A stretch of DNA of 64,000 nucleotides, from positions 250,983,741-251,047,740 of the forward strand of contig CM041465.1 in the NCBI GenBank assembly GCA_023213395.1. Reading direction: 5' to 3'. Of the stretch, positions 52,752 through 64,000 are shown piece after piece (the first letter of the stretch is position 1; each line of letters begins with the position of its first letter). A program made the translations under genes and the position numbers. Source of the stretch: Cycas panzhihuaensis (taxonomy: Eukaryota; Plantae; Cycadophyta). Under the pieces are notes generated by a model, which worked only from the letters and a program-made list of their open reading frames with translations, was not told the DNA's origin and did not search any database.

Positions 52752-55276
52752 TGTAATAGGTTTATATATATTACCTCCTCAATATGCAAACAAGATTAAG
52801 AAACCCAAGAGATATGGAGGTGGATGAAGAGAAAAATGGAGATGGAGTACATCAAAATCAATTAAATGGCTATAATAGAATGAATTTCAATAGAATAAGT
52901 ATTTGATTAATATAACATAACCATTATAATATACAAAGTGGGGTATTTATAGCAAAGGCATCACCCTCTCCTCAAAATATTATATTCATCTACCTCTAAG
53001 CTAGCCTATCCCCCTTTTCTTTATTATTTAATTCCCTTAAGCTTGACCTCTGCTAACCTACTAACCTAATCTCTCATGTAGTGAAGGCTCAACACATTCT
53101 CTATCCCCTTAGATGCTTTTCTCTTAAAGCATCTTAATATAAAAGACATAAGACCACCACTTGCTTGTGCTAATATGTTAAATATAGAAGTTTAATCTTA
53201 GTGTTTCCAAGTGGAAATGATTGCTTCTTTCTTATTTAATGAAGTAAGGTGCATACCATATAGGTGTGGACTAGATAAGATCACAAAATAGGGTGGTCTA
53301 TTTTATTTAGTATTATCATGAAAGAAATTTGGTCCCATGATATAATAAATTGAGTACCCATAAGAATTGGGACCTAAATGCTCTTGCAACATGAATGGCG
53401 ATTATGCCTTGATTATACTAAGATCATGTCCTTTAGAAGAGATGATGACATTATTATCCAAAGGGTCTTCCTTATGATCCAAAAGCTTACCTTGTTTATC
53501 CTACAATACATTGTCCTCCTCCAAGGTCATAAAGACCTAGTCGTTCATATTATCATGTGGTGGAGATGTAGGTGAAGAGACTTTAATTTGCTCATATTGG
53601 TCCTATAAAACATCTTATGCTAAGTGATCTTATTCATCCAAAACCTTTTCTATATAACCTTCCATTGAGGTTATGTAAGGTGGTGGGGAAGTAGAGGATG
53701 CATTAGAGGAGAGTGCCTTGAGCTCACTAGATATTCTCCTAAGACTAGTAACTATATTTTCAAGGATTATACTCATTATTTTCCTAACTTTTTCTTCTTG
53801 TTCTTCTTTTTCTTCTTCCTCTTACTTAGCCTCTCCTTTCGCAAGGATATATTGATGAAGAAGGAATTCTTCGTATAGAGTAAAAACGAAGAGATCCTAG
53901 GTTGGCTTGTAGGTATTATGGCATAATCACCATCATGCCCACCAATGAAGGGGACTTTCTAATTATTAAATACCTTCATAAATCTTACCATACTTTATCA
54001 AGTTGTCATCTTCAAAGTATGTGAGCATGGCCTCAAACTCATCAAAATTGATTGAACCATTAAGACTAAAATAGAGAAGTGTGATCATGATGATTTTTTT
54101 TTTAGGGTGTGTCTATAGCCAATTATTCTCCTTATTTTAAAGCCTTTATAGGGTGTCTTTAGGCCATTTCACTATAACTCTCATTTTTTCTTAATTTTTT
54201 ATTTGATAATTCTTTGATAAGAAAAGGATATACTATGACCTCAAGAGTAATGACATGCTAACTAAAGCTTGAATGGCCTAAAAATTAATGTAAGAAAAAA
54301 TTATAACATAAAGTAGAAACTTTACTTTTAAACTTTAATATCCAGTAAAAGTAGCTCTAAAATACATAAAATCTATCCTAAAATAATGGCCTCTAAATTA
54401 TAATTCCAATGGTTTATATGGACTTAAATTTTGATACTTATATGAAAAGTCATGCTCATTTTAAGGAAGGTGTACTCTTAGGGCTTTTAGGGACTATAAT
54501 AATACCTTCTACTAATTTGTTAATAATATTTTATAGTAACCTCTAATAGACCTAAAATCACTTCTAATAGAAAATAGACTTTAAAATGCATAGAATAAAA
54601 AATTAATTTGAGATTGATTGTATACTTTAGCTAAAATTATGATTATTTAAAATTGAGGTAGAAATATTTTGGCCCCAAAGGTAATGGTAAATAATAGGTT
54701 AAAATTAAATCCATTATAATTTTTATAATTTTATCCCAAAACCTACAATGTAACCACTCATATAGAATGGGCTTAATCATCTCAAATTTGTCATTTATTT
54801 TTTGAAATTCATTTATTTACACTCCAAAACATGCATTTCTTTGATAGGCCAAACCTTAGTTATACCTTTAAAACCTGTATTAAAGTAGAAAGGATAAAAA
54901 AAATTTACTAAATAACATTGCTTTAATATTACTTGTAACCTGCTTACATATGTTACCTCCTCAATATGCAAATAAGAGTAAAAAATATAAGAGATATGGA
55001 GGTAGATAGAGTGGAAAATAGAGATGGAGTAAACCAAAAGTAACCAAATGAAGACACCATTATGAATTTTAATAGAATAAGTATTTGATTAACATGACAT
55101 ACTCATTACAATATATAAAGTGGGGTATTTATAGAAAAGGCCTCACCCTTGCCTCATAATATTATATTCACCTATCTCTACCCTATCCTAACCCATTTTT
55201 CATTATTAGTTAATTCCCTTAACCTTGACCTCTATTAACCTACTAACCTAATCCCATATAGTGAAGGTTCACCATA
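52752..55276 (-). mobile_element. Element J: 2.5-kb non-autonomous LTR retroelement with a gag-like remnant
   Basis: LTRs 52752-53096 and 54934-55276. TSD cacca/cacta. PBS remnant gctttaatatta at 54920-54931. PPT ttctctatcccctt at 53097. Confidence 0.9.
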
Positions 55277-55281
55277 CACTA

Positions 55282-57100
55282 TATCGAAGAACAAGGACTT
55301 CTAAATTTAAAATATTCACTAAGAAAAGGGGTTCAAAGTAGAAGTTGACAACATATCAAATAAGTGACACCATATAAAATAACAAGGACTTTGAAGTTCA
55401 AAATCTTTAAAAAGTTATTTATAAATAATAACTATACTATAGTACCTTTAAATTTTAAACTTAAAAGTTAAAGGAATACCCTACTTTTGAGATGTTTGAT
55501 ATAGAAACTAAGTCATTACAAGATAAGAGTTAATTGTTAAGATCCATCTATGAAAACATAGTTAAAAATAATACCTAACTACCATGGCTAAATTTTGAGG
55601 AAACAAAGACTTTAATAATACATTACCTATGCAAGTATGAGCTTAAGAATTAAATATGGTAATATTTTAATTTGATTTGATTTGCTTTAGGCCAAGCTTA
55701 TTATGGCTTCTTATTTCACATTAACTTTGATTTTTATGTAATCATTGCTTATTTTTTACTTTACATGTACTTATATCAATTCGTATTAGAAATTTAGGCT
55801 TTGATTCATGTAAAGTTTATTCTCCTGTACAAAGTCTAAATGCTTATCTATATGTTTTATGAGAAAAATGAGTAATCAAAGTTATTTTTTACTTATTCTT
55901 CATTACTTCTTCTTCCTTGTAGTTCTTAAGAAAATCTTTCATGTATTTTTTTAAAATAAAATATTACCATCATGGTACTAAAGTCACATAGAAAGTACTT
56001 AAATAAAGATATTTCTAGGGAAAATAAGATCTTACCAAAAGATTTCTAGTAATTAAAGATGCATAAAGAAAGGCATTGTTAAGATATGATGATAAAATCC
56101 ACTCAAATTAAAAAGAAGATGAGGAAATTATGGAAAAACAAAATTATACAGTAGATATGTTAAGGTCTTCTTGACCAAAATGTCTCATTTAGATAGTTGT
56201 TTATTTATAAAACATGATAGAATGTGAACGTACTAAGGAGGTCTTGGACATATCCATAGCATTGAGACTTCAAGATAACATTTGATAAAGTAAGAATAAA
56301 GCATCATTTGTTAATCACTCTACTTTGTCTTATATCCCCCAACATTAGTAGGATACATTTATAATTACAAACTTCTTATTACTAGATGTACCAAGGGTAA
56401 GATCATGCCTTCAATTAGGAGGCATTACACACCTTAGATAAGATACACTTACCATTATCAGATTATTATTAATAATATTATCAAGGGTAAGTTGAAATCC
56501 TTAGGAGGATAATACACTTATGAATATAAACTTATTATTAATAGTATCATTATAGGAAAGTTCATCTCTTTAGATGGGAGAGAAATGCTGGGAAGACACC
56601 ATTATATAACCACATGATAGCTTATCTCTTTAATGTGGAGAATAAGACTAGGAAATCCACATTCCCTAAACATATAATAACTTGGAGTTATGTATCTTAT
56701 CATAAGGAATATTATTTAAGATACAATTATCCTTTATTTATAGTCTATTATTATATAAGGGTACCTACCTTGAAATATGAAGACTAAGAATGAGTATACT
56801 CTAGGTTAAAGAACACATATTGAGAGAGCTTCACTTATTAACTTTTACTAGATCAATATTATATTTGGATGATCTTTATACTCATGTTATTTTTACTTCA
56901 TCACTGTCTATTAGTATTCTTACTATTTAGTATGAAAGAAGAGAGTATCTCACCCTTCTTCATTGGGAATACTAGTGGGGACAACTAGTAAAATTAACTT
57001 TGACAAGTTTATGAGAAAAAGTATTATAATATAGTGCTATAGTGATATATTATAGTACTATAGAGGATCTTATTTCATCCTTCTACATTATACTTTGACT
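55282..57100 (+). mobile_element. Highly decayed LTR element: LTR end with PBS remnant and internal region
   Basis: ..acttatatca followed by attcgtattaga at ~55779 resembles CA+TTGGTATCAGA. Degenerate repeats at 56390-56580. No domain recognised. Confidence 0.4.
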
Positions 57101-57723
57101 CATTATTATTATACATAATGCAAGTTAAGTGTACATGTGCAAACACACACATGCATATACAAGTTATACGCTATTATATCTTTACATTTATATAATCTAA
57201 CATACTATATATATTCTCTCACTTCCTTTTAAATTATAAGGGAATATTTCTCAAGTTCCAAGTTATAGTACACATAAATAAGTCAACACACATCCTCATA
57301 TAATCAATACACTTGGAAACTTCTCATATACATGTTGTGATATGGTACTTAACATTCACAAATAGAAATCTTAATATTGAAGTTAACATATATTAGATAA
57401 CTAGAAAGCAAATAGATATTATCCAAGATGTATTAAAAAAAAGATGATGAGTGTTTATAAAAAGCGGGTATTTATGTTTTCTAAAGGGGTCCCACCAAAA
57501 GACACAACCCTTCTTGCCTAAATTATTTTAAATAACTATTATTTTATTCCACATTCTTTCCTAAATAAATTTAATTAATTTATGACTTTCTATAAGGAGG
57601 TTTGTAATAATTTCTTTCCTTTAAGATGTTTCACCCATGATACATCTATTCTATAATTTGAAATACTGGTTGACTATGCTAATCGATTTTAAGATGGCAT
57701 CTTTAAGAGGTAGTTATTTCAAC

Positions 57724-60700
57724 TTTTTTTTTTTTTTGATGTGGTTTAAATAAATGAGGGGATTAAAAGGGGGACCTAACCCCTATACAAAGTTTTCCCA
57801 TATGGCTACAAAGATCAATCAGGATAAGCCCACGACCTAGCTAACCTTATATCTTATCATAACTATATTAGCTGACACTAGGATCCCCTAGGTCCTTAGT
57901 AACTAGATCCATTATTTCTTTAGGTAAGTCATTCTTCCATATCTTGTTCCTTCTAAACTGAACCCTCCAGTTTGCAAGATGATTAGTAATCCCATTCCCC
58001 TTTCTATAGATATGATCAACCTGGACCCTTTCTATCCTACATAGCAGCATCTTCACATCCTCTATCATAGCCTGATGCTTCTAGTCCATCTATGCTTTTT
58101 CCTTGATAAAGTTTATCACATTTAGAGAGTTCCCCTCCACTATAACTCTCATCCTACCATCTCTAATAACCAATTATATAGCTTTACACAAAGCCTAAAG
58201 CTCTACCTCATGATTAGTTTGGTTATCGTAATACTTAGCAAAGGCCCATATAACCTTTCCTTCACCATCTCTACATACCCCCCTCCCCCCGCCTCTTCGG
58301 GGTTACCTTTTGACGCACCATCAAAATTTATCTTGACCTAATCGTGCGTGGGTGTACTCCAACCACCTAGCCTAACCTCCTTTGGTTTAGACTTGATGTT
58401 TTTAATGCCCCACTTTGCAAGAATCTTCCTATCCTCTGGGAAGATAAAACATTCTTCCTTCTCCTTAGATGTCTCTTTCAAAGCTGCCACAATAATCCCA
58501 AATAGCTTAGACTCATTCATTCTCTTATTCTAAAAGATGTGCCTATTTCTTTCTTTCTATATGTTCCACAATAACGTGGGGAGAGAGGAAAGCCACAAAG
58601 AACATAGAGTTCTGCATTTGAAAGGGCTTTCCCAAGCCACAACTAGATCCTTAACCATTTCAGAATGGGCCCATGACACCTCAAAGGAGCTCCATAGCTT
58701 AGCCTACACCTCCCTAGTATAGGTGCAATGCAAGAAGATATGGTCCATAATCTCCCCATCTTGAAGGCAGAGACTGTACCTCCTTACTAGCAGAAAGCCC
58801 CTTTTCCTTAGATTATCCACTTTAAGGATCTTGTTCTTAAGACAAAACCACTAAAAGATGGTTATCTTAGGTAGTAACCCTAATTTCCACACTCCACCCA
58901 AAAGCTTATGTTCAGTGATACCTTTCTCAATAATTAAGAACAAGTACCCATATTTAATCATATAGGCCCTAATGGAAGGCCTAGGCCAAACCAGATCATC
59001 CTCTTTAGGAAATCTAGAAATGTATATACTATTTAACACATTCCTAATAACAACGATTTACTGCTCAACTGCCGAATCGAAGGGGGCCTCTTCAAAACTT
59101 TTCTATTTCTTCTCACCCTCCTAGACCTCCCAATAGTCTTTCACCTTTTTACCATAGAGGCTTTCACAAATAGGCTGCAAGGGGGGCAGGACTAGCCTCT
59201 TGTTCAATTGCACATGTTTGTGCTAGGTGTCCTCCCAAAAATCTATAGAGTTTCCATCCCCAAGGCTCCACTGGGCCCCTTTCATTAATAATTTTCTCAC
59301 ATGCTCTAAACTCCTCCATATGGCAAAGCCTTGGATTCCTGGGAGATTATGTTTCAAATATTGATTGTCCCTAAGATATTTACGGGCAACTATCTTCTAC
59401 CAAAGCCTCTCCTCCTTAATAGCTAGGATCCAACCCAATTTGGCAACCAGAGCTCTATTGAATCTAGCTATGTCCTTAACGTTCAATCCTCCTGCCCACT
59501 TGGGGAGACACACTTTCTCCCAAGACACTAAATAGATTCTCTCCCTATCCTCAGCCCTAGACTACAGGAATCTTTTCTGAATAGACTATACGGTGCTTCT
59601 AATCTTCACAGGACACCTAAACAAGGACATCATATATATGGGGATACTCTGAAGGGAGGAAATTAGTAGTTGAAGTTTCCCTGCTTGACTCAGTAAAGCT
59701 CCTTTCCAACCAGCTAACTTCCTTTAGATCTTACTAACAATCAGATTCTATAGGTCCTTTAGCATTCTACCAATAAATAGGGGCATGCCAAGGTACAGAG
59801 TAGGAAGTGACCTTATAGGCATTTCTAGAATCCTGATAATTGCCCTTTTAGTCCTTTCTATGATGTTTAGGAAAAAGATGTTACTCTTGTCTAGGTTTAT
59901 TTTCTGGTTTGTTACTGTCTCAAATCTTTCCAGCTAAGTTTTTATAGATTTAGATTCCTTAATTGATGCCTTTCCCAGCGGGATATTATCATCCACAAAG
60001 TGGCAATGAATAATATTATCAATCCCCAATGTGGATGCGAGACTCACAATCTTCCTAAATATCTTGGCTTCTTCCATGGTTCTTCCGATGAGTTCTGCCA
60101 GGATAATAAACAAATAAGGGGCCTGATGATCCCCTTATCTTATACCTCTATAGCCCAAGAGGAAGGTAGATGAAGTGCCATTTATGATCACTGAAAATCT
60201 AGGCCTAGATATACAGCTCTCGATTTAGGATCTCTAATGGTTGCCAAAACCAAATGCCCTTATGCATTCCAACAGACACCTCTATGACACCCTATCATAG
60301 GCCTTTGATAAGTCAATCTTGACAATCATCCTAGGATCCTTCCTCTGGTGGGTTGAATGGATCATTTCATGGACCATGATTATACCATCTAAAATTTGTC
60401 TACCCTTCACAAACCCATCTTAATTCAGACCTATAATCGAAGGGAGAAATTCTTTCAGCCTGTTCGCCATAATCTTGGCTAAAATTTTATATTTTACATT
60501 ACACAGACTAATAGGTCTGTAGTCTTCCATTCTCTTAGCATCCTCTTTCTTTGAAATTAAGACCAAAAATGTAGCTTGCCATTCATCATGGATCTTACCA
60601 TTCTCAAAGAATTCCTTGACGACTTCATATAGGTCTTCCTTTATGGTGTCCCAATAATCTTGATAGAATCCTAAAGGAAATTCGTCAGGCCTAGGGGCTT

Positions 60701-63700
60701 TCCCCCTCTTCATACCAAAGACAACTTTCCTCACCTTGTCTTGAGAGAAAGGAGCTTCCAGGACTCTGTTCATAGCTCTATCCACCTTGTTTGGGATCAA
60801 AGCGAGGACCTCCCTTTTAATTATCTCATCAACATAACCCGGTTCCTTGTATAACTCCATAAAGCACTCCACTACAATGTCTTTAATGTTCTCCTAGTTT
60901 GAAATCTCCTCCCCATACTTATTTATCAAAGACTTGATGTGATTATTGGCTCTATGTTTTACCATAGTCATGTGGAAAATTTTAGTGTTTCTGTCTCCCT
61001 CCGTGAGCCACAGGGCTCTTGACTTCTGCTTCCAAAAAATTTCCTCCTTTGTCAACACTCCCTCTAGATTAGATAGAAGTCTCCTTTCCTCTTTGTCTAG
61101 AGGGAGGGACCTTCCTTGCTCTTGTATTTGCTCCTCTAGGATGTTTAGCTTTTCCAAAATCTATTCCTTTTGAACAAAGATATCCATGTGGGAATTTTTA
61201 TTCTAGATTTTGATCTGACATTTTATCCAATTTAATTTCTTAGAAAATCTCCATATTGCACACCTAGATATAGGAGTCTTCCACCATTCTGTCAGCAAAT
61301 CGTGGAGGCTCGGGTCCCTTGTCCACATAAGCTCAACATCGAAAGGGGCACTCGATCAACCTTTATTCTCATCAAATCCTAGTAGGAGCAGGGCATGATC
61401 TAAAATTGTCCTTAGTAGGGCTTTCAGGTAGATATTATAATGTTGGCTAGCTTAAGAATAATTAACAATAACTCTTTCCAATCTAACCTAGATATGGTTA
61501 GATCCCAGTATTCTTTTAGACCTGGTAAACTTATGGCCTCTCAAGGGCACATCCATTAACCCACCCTTCTGCATGAAGTCCCCCCAGGTTATCCATACTT
61601 TTTGTTCATTCAATTTAACCCCCTTTCTTCTCATCAGGGGATAGGGCTATATTAAAATTGCCAGGAATTACCCAAGGGCCAGACCAGTCCTTATGGGCCT
61701 CTAGAATCCTAATGCATAAATGCTTCCTCCCTTCCTGTGTTAGAGGTGCATACACATTAGTAACCAGCCATTTGCAACAACGTTTTTACTTATCAACCAA
61801 GTAGATATGAAATGATCCTCACTGAGGCAGACTTCGCCTGCCTAGCCCTTGGGTTCAACATGGTGGCCAACACCCCTGAGCTTCTCACCCCATCCAAAGT
61901 GATCCACTCAGCTCCTTTCCATATTTTATTCTTGACATTTCCTCTATTCTCAGCTATCAATTTAGTTTCTTGAATTAATAGAATATCCAACTTCATATGA
62001 CTCTGCAAGTCTTTGATCATTTTGTATTTGGATGGGGCATTTATGCCCCAAATATTCTAGGAGGCAAGCTTCATGATTACTATCTCCTACATCTTGTTTT
62101 GGGCCCCTATACTGGACCTCCATCTTTAAGGGTGCATTGTGTCCCTTGATCAATCTGGAGCACTACCTCTCTTTCTCGTAACACCTTCACTGATGGTCTA
62201 CCTGGCCTTTTCTTGCTGATGAGGTTGGGCCCTCTTATAGGATCTGGTTCTGCTTCTAGGACCCATGAGTCTTTGACCTTCTAGATATTCTCTGTCTTCC
62301 TCTCTAGGGTGGGACCTCCTTCCCTTTGAATGGGTTCCTTATCACTTCCCTGCTAGATGTGAGCAATTTGAAACTGTATGGCACTTAGGGGTGCCTTTAT
62401 TTCAACCTACCCTTATTTAAATAAGGAGTCTTCTTCATCCAAGTTAAGCCCCTTCCCTATCTCCGATAAGATGGGATCCAACCCCTCCTTTGGAAGATCT
62501 AACCCCCGAACTGTAGTGTTTTATGGGTCCTTAAGCCTGATTGGCTCTTTAGGGCCTTCTTTAAGATCCACCTATACCTCACATTCCTTCACCTCCTCAA
62601 TTGGCTCTTCTGGACCTTCTTTAGGATCCTCGTGTGCCTCACCTTCCTTCACCTCCTCAACCAAAGGGCCTAGACAACTTGGCTTTGGGTTGCCAGGGCA
62701 ATTATGAGGAAGATGCCTCAAGCATTTACATTTTTGGCACCTCATGCTTTCAATCTCATACAGTAGCCTTTGCTCTCTATTCCATCTATACCCATCTATT
62801 ATCGCCTGCTTAGGGAGACGTTTATTAGTTCTGGCCATGATATAAAACCTGGCATTAACCAATCTACTTTTATTCTTTGTCATAGAATCCACTATCAATA
62901 GGGGACCTATAACGTTTGTGACCCTTTTAATAACAACTAGATCCCAGGCTTGAAGAGGAAGGCCTAGGAGCTGAACCCATAAAGGGATTTGCTTAATATA
63001 CCCCTCAACCAGATCAAAGTCTGGATGCTATTTCTCCATCAAAATAACCTTCATCCCCATAATCCAAGGTGATTTTAAGAGGACATTAACTATATCCTCA
63101 TAACAAGAAAACTTAAATAAAACACACCCCTTGGGAAGCACAATGACCTCAACCAGGCCCCTTAACTTCTAGCTCTCACTGACCCATTTCCTAATGGGAT
63201 CTACCCCTGACTTGGGGCCCAAGAAACTTCCAACTAGGCTATTACCCCAATAATTTTCTAGCTTATCTGATAACCTCTTGGGTACTGGAATCTTGATCTT
63301 ATCATTGTCTACAATGGGGTTTATCTCAAATGTTTTTGCTTCAACATTACTTAAAGCATATAGGTATGACTTCCTGTTAAGACTAGAGTGGGTCTGGTTC
63401 AAATTTAAAGACCGATATATTTGAGTATAAGGGGGGTCCTTTATGGTTTCCTCCATATTAAAAATAAAATTGAACTCATAAGAAACTCATTTGGCAAATG
63501 GTGGATCTCACCAGTTTTTGAGGTGCCTAGTGAATGACTCGCCCAGGTCCTTTTTAGTGGGGTTCTGGATCTGTCTTTTGTCTTATGGTCTTTTCCTCTT
63601 TTGCTCCTAAATCTATGAGAAAGAAGCCTCTACCCTTCTCCTCTCCAAGCCTAGTAAATAAGGCTTCACCTGTCTCCTAAGCGAAGATCCCCAAACCATC

Positions 63701-64000
63701 TGGCTCCTCTCTGAAAGTCTCAAGTCGTCAAAGGTAAAAGGTCTAAGCTTGTAGGTCCATCTAAAGCTAGACTCACTCTTCAAACACTCATGGTTTGAAG
63801 GAAATATCTGTGAGGGCCTTTGCACTTCCACTGACCCTATCGCCTCTTGGCAGCTCCTCAAGATCACTACACCACTTGATAATAAATAGTAGATGTCATT
63901 TCCATCCCAAACAACTTCAAAACTAATTACAGTCAGGAGACATAGTGCCCATCTATCTCTAGAATACTTTGGATTTATCTCCAGAGCCAAACCTAGCCGT
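57724..64000 (-). mobile_element. Second LINE-1 (same lineage as the first); 5' end lies beyond the window
   Basis: T14 tail at 57724-57737. RNase H 57868-58340. FVDD near 59990. YRPISLCNVKYKILAK. ORF2 start MKLAS*NIWGINAP at 62074. Confidence 0.95.
62080..63456 (-). pseudogene. Second LINE ORF1 (DUF4283-type domain plus zinc knuckle)
   Basis: NSLVGSFLGPK, KNKSRLVNARF and CQKCKCLRHLPHNC are collinear with ORF1 of the first LINE. Confidence 0.88.

Noticed and set aside
13803-55276. Small LTR elements D and J as retrozymes or Cassandra elements
   Set aside because: I found no hammerhead core (CTGANGA..GAAA with stems) or 5S rRNA-like boxes by eye. An Infernal search would be decisive.

Overview
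AT-rich plant nuclear DNA (gymnosperm-like, inferred from the LRR-RLK and retroelement families) made up almost entirely of nested, decayed retrotransposons. I see no intact host gene, RNA gene or CRISPR array. The only host gene is one LRR receptor-like kinase pseudogene (LRR-XII/EFR-FLS2-like) broken into two pieces, at ~745-1463 and 20734-21688. A 19.3-kb nest separates them: a CRM-like Gypsy contains a Copia, which contains a full-length LINE, a 1.1-kb LTR-type insert and a 2.8-kb non-autonomous LTR element. A second nest starts inside the gene's transmembrane segment at 21689 and appears to run past the window end. It holds an LTR element, two more Copias, a chromovirus, a Tat-type deletion derivative with a nearby archaeal-type RNase H, a solo LTR, another non-autonomous element and a second LINE. 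Many junctions can be read by eye from TG..CA ends, PBS, PPT and target-site duplications (TSDs). The best leads are the opposite CpG decay of the two gene halves, an accidental LRR+hydrophobic-tail ORF ending in the LTR, a 19-nt poly(A) micro-retroposition with an 18-bp TSD, a TSD-bounded insert with mismatched LTR starts, a Q/G/Y/N-rich Gag segment, and possible extra ORFs upstream of ORF1 in both LINEs. I found no convincing new multi-gene system. All alignments were done by eye.
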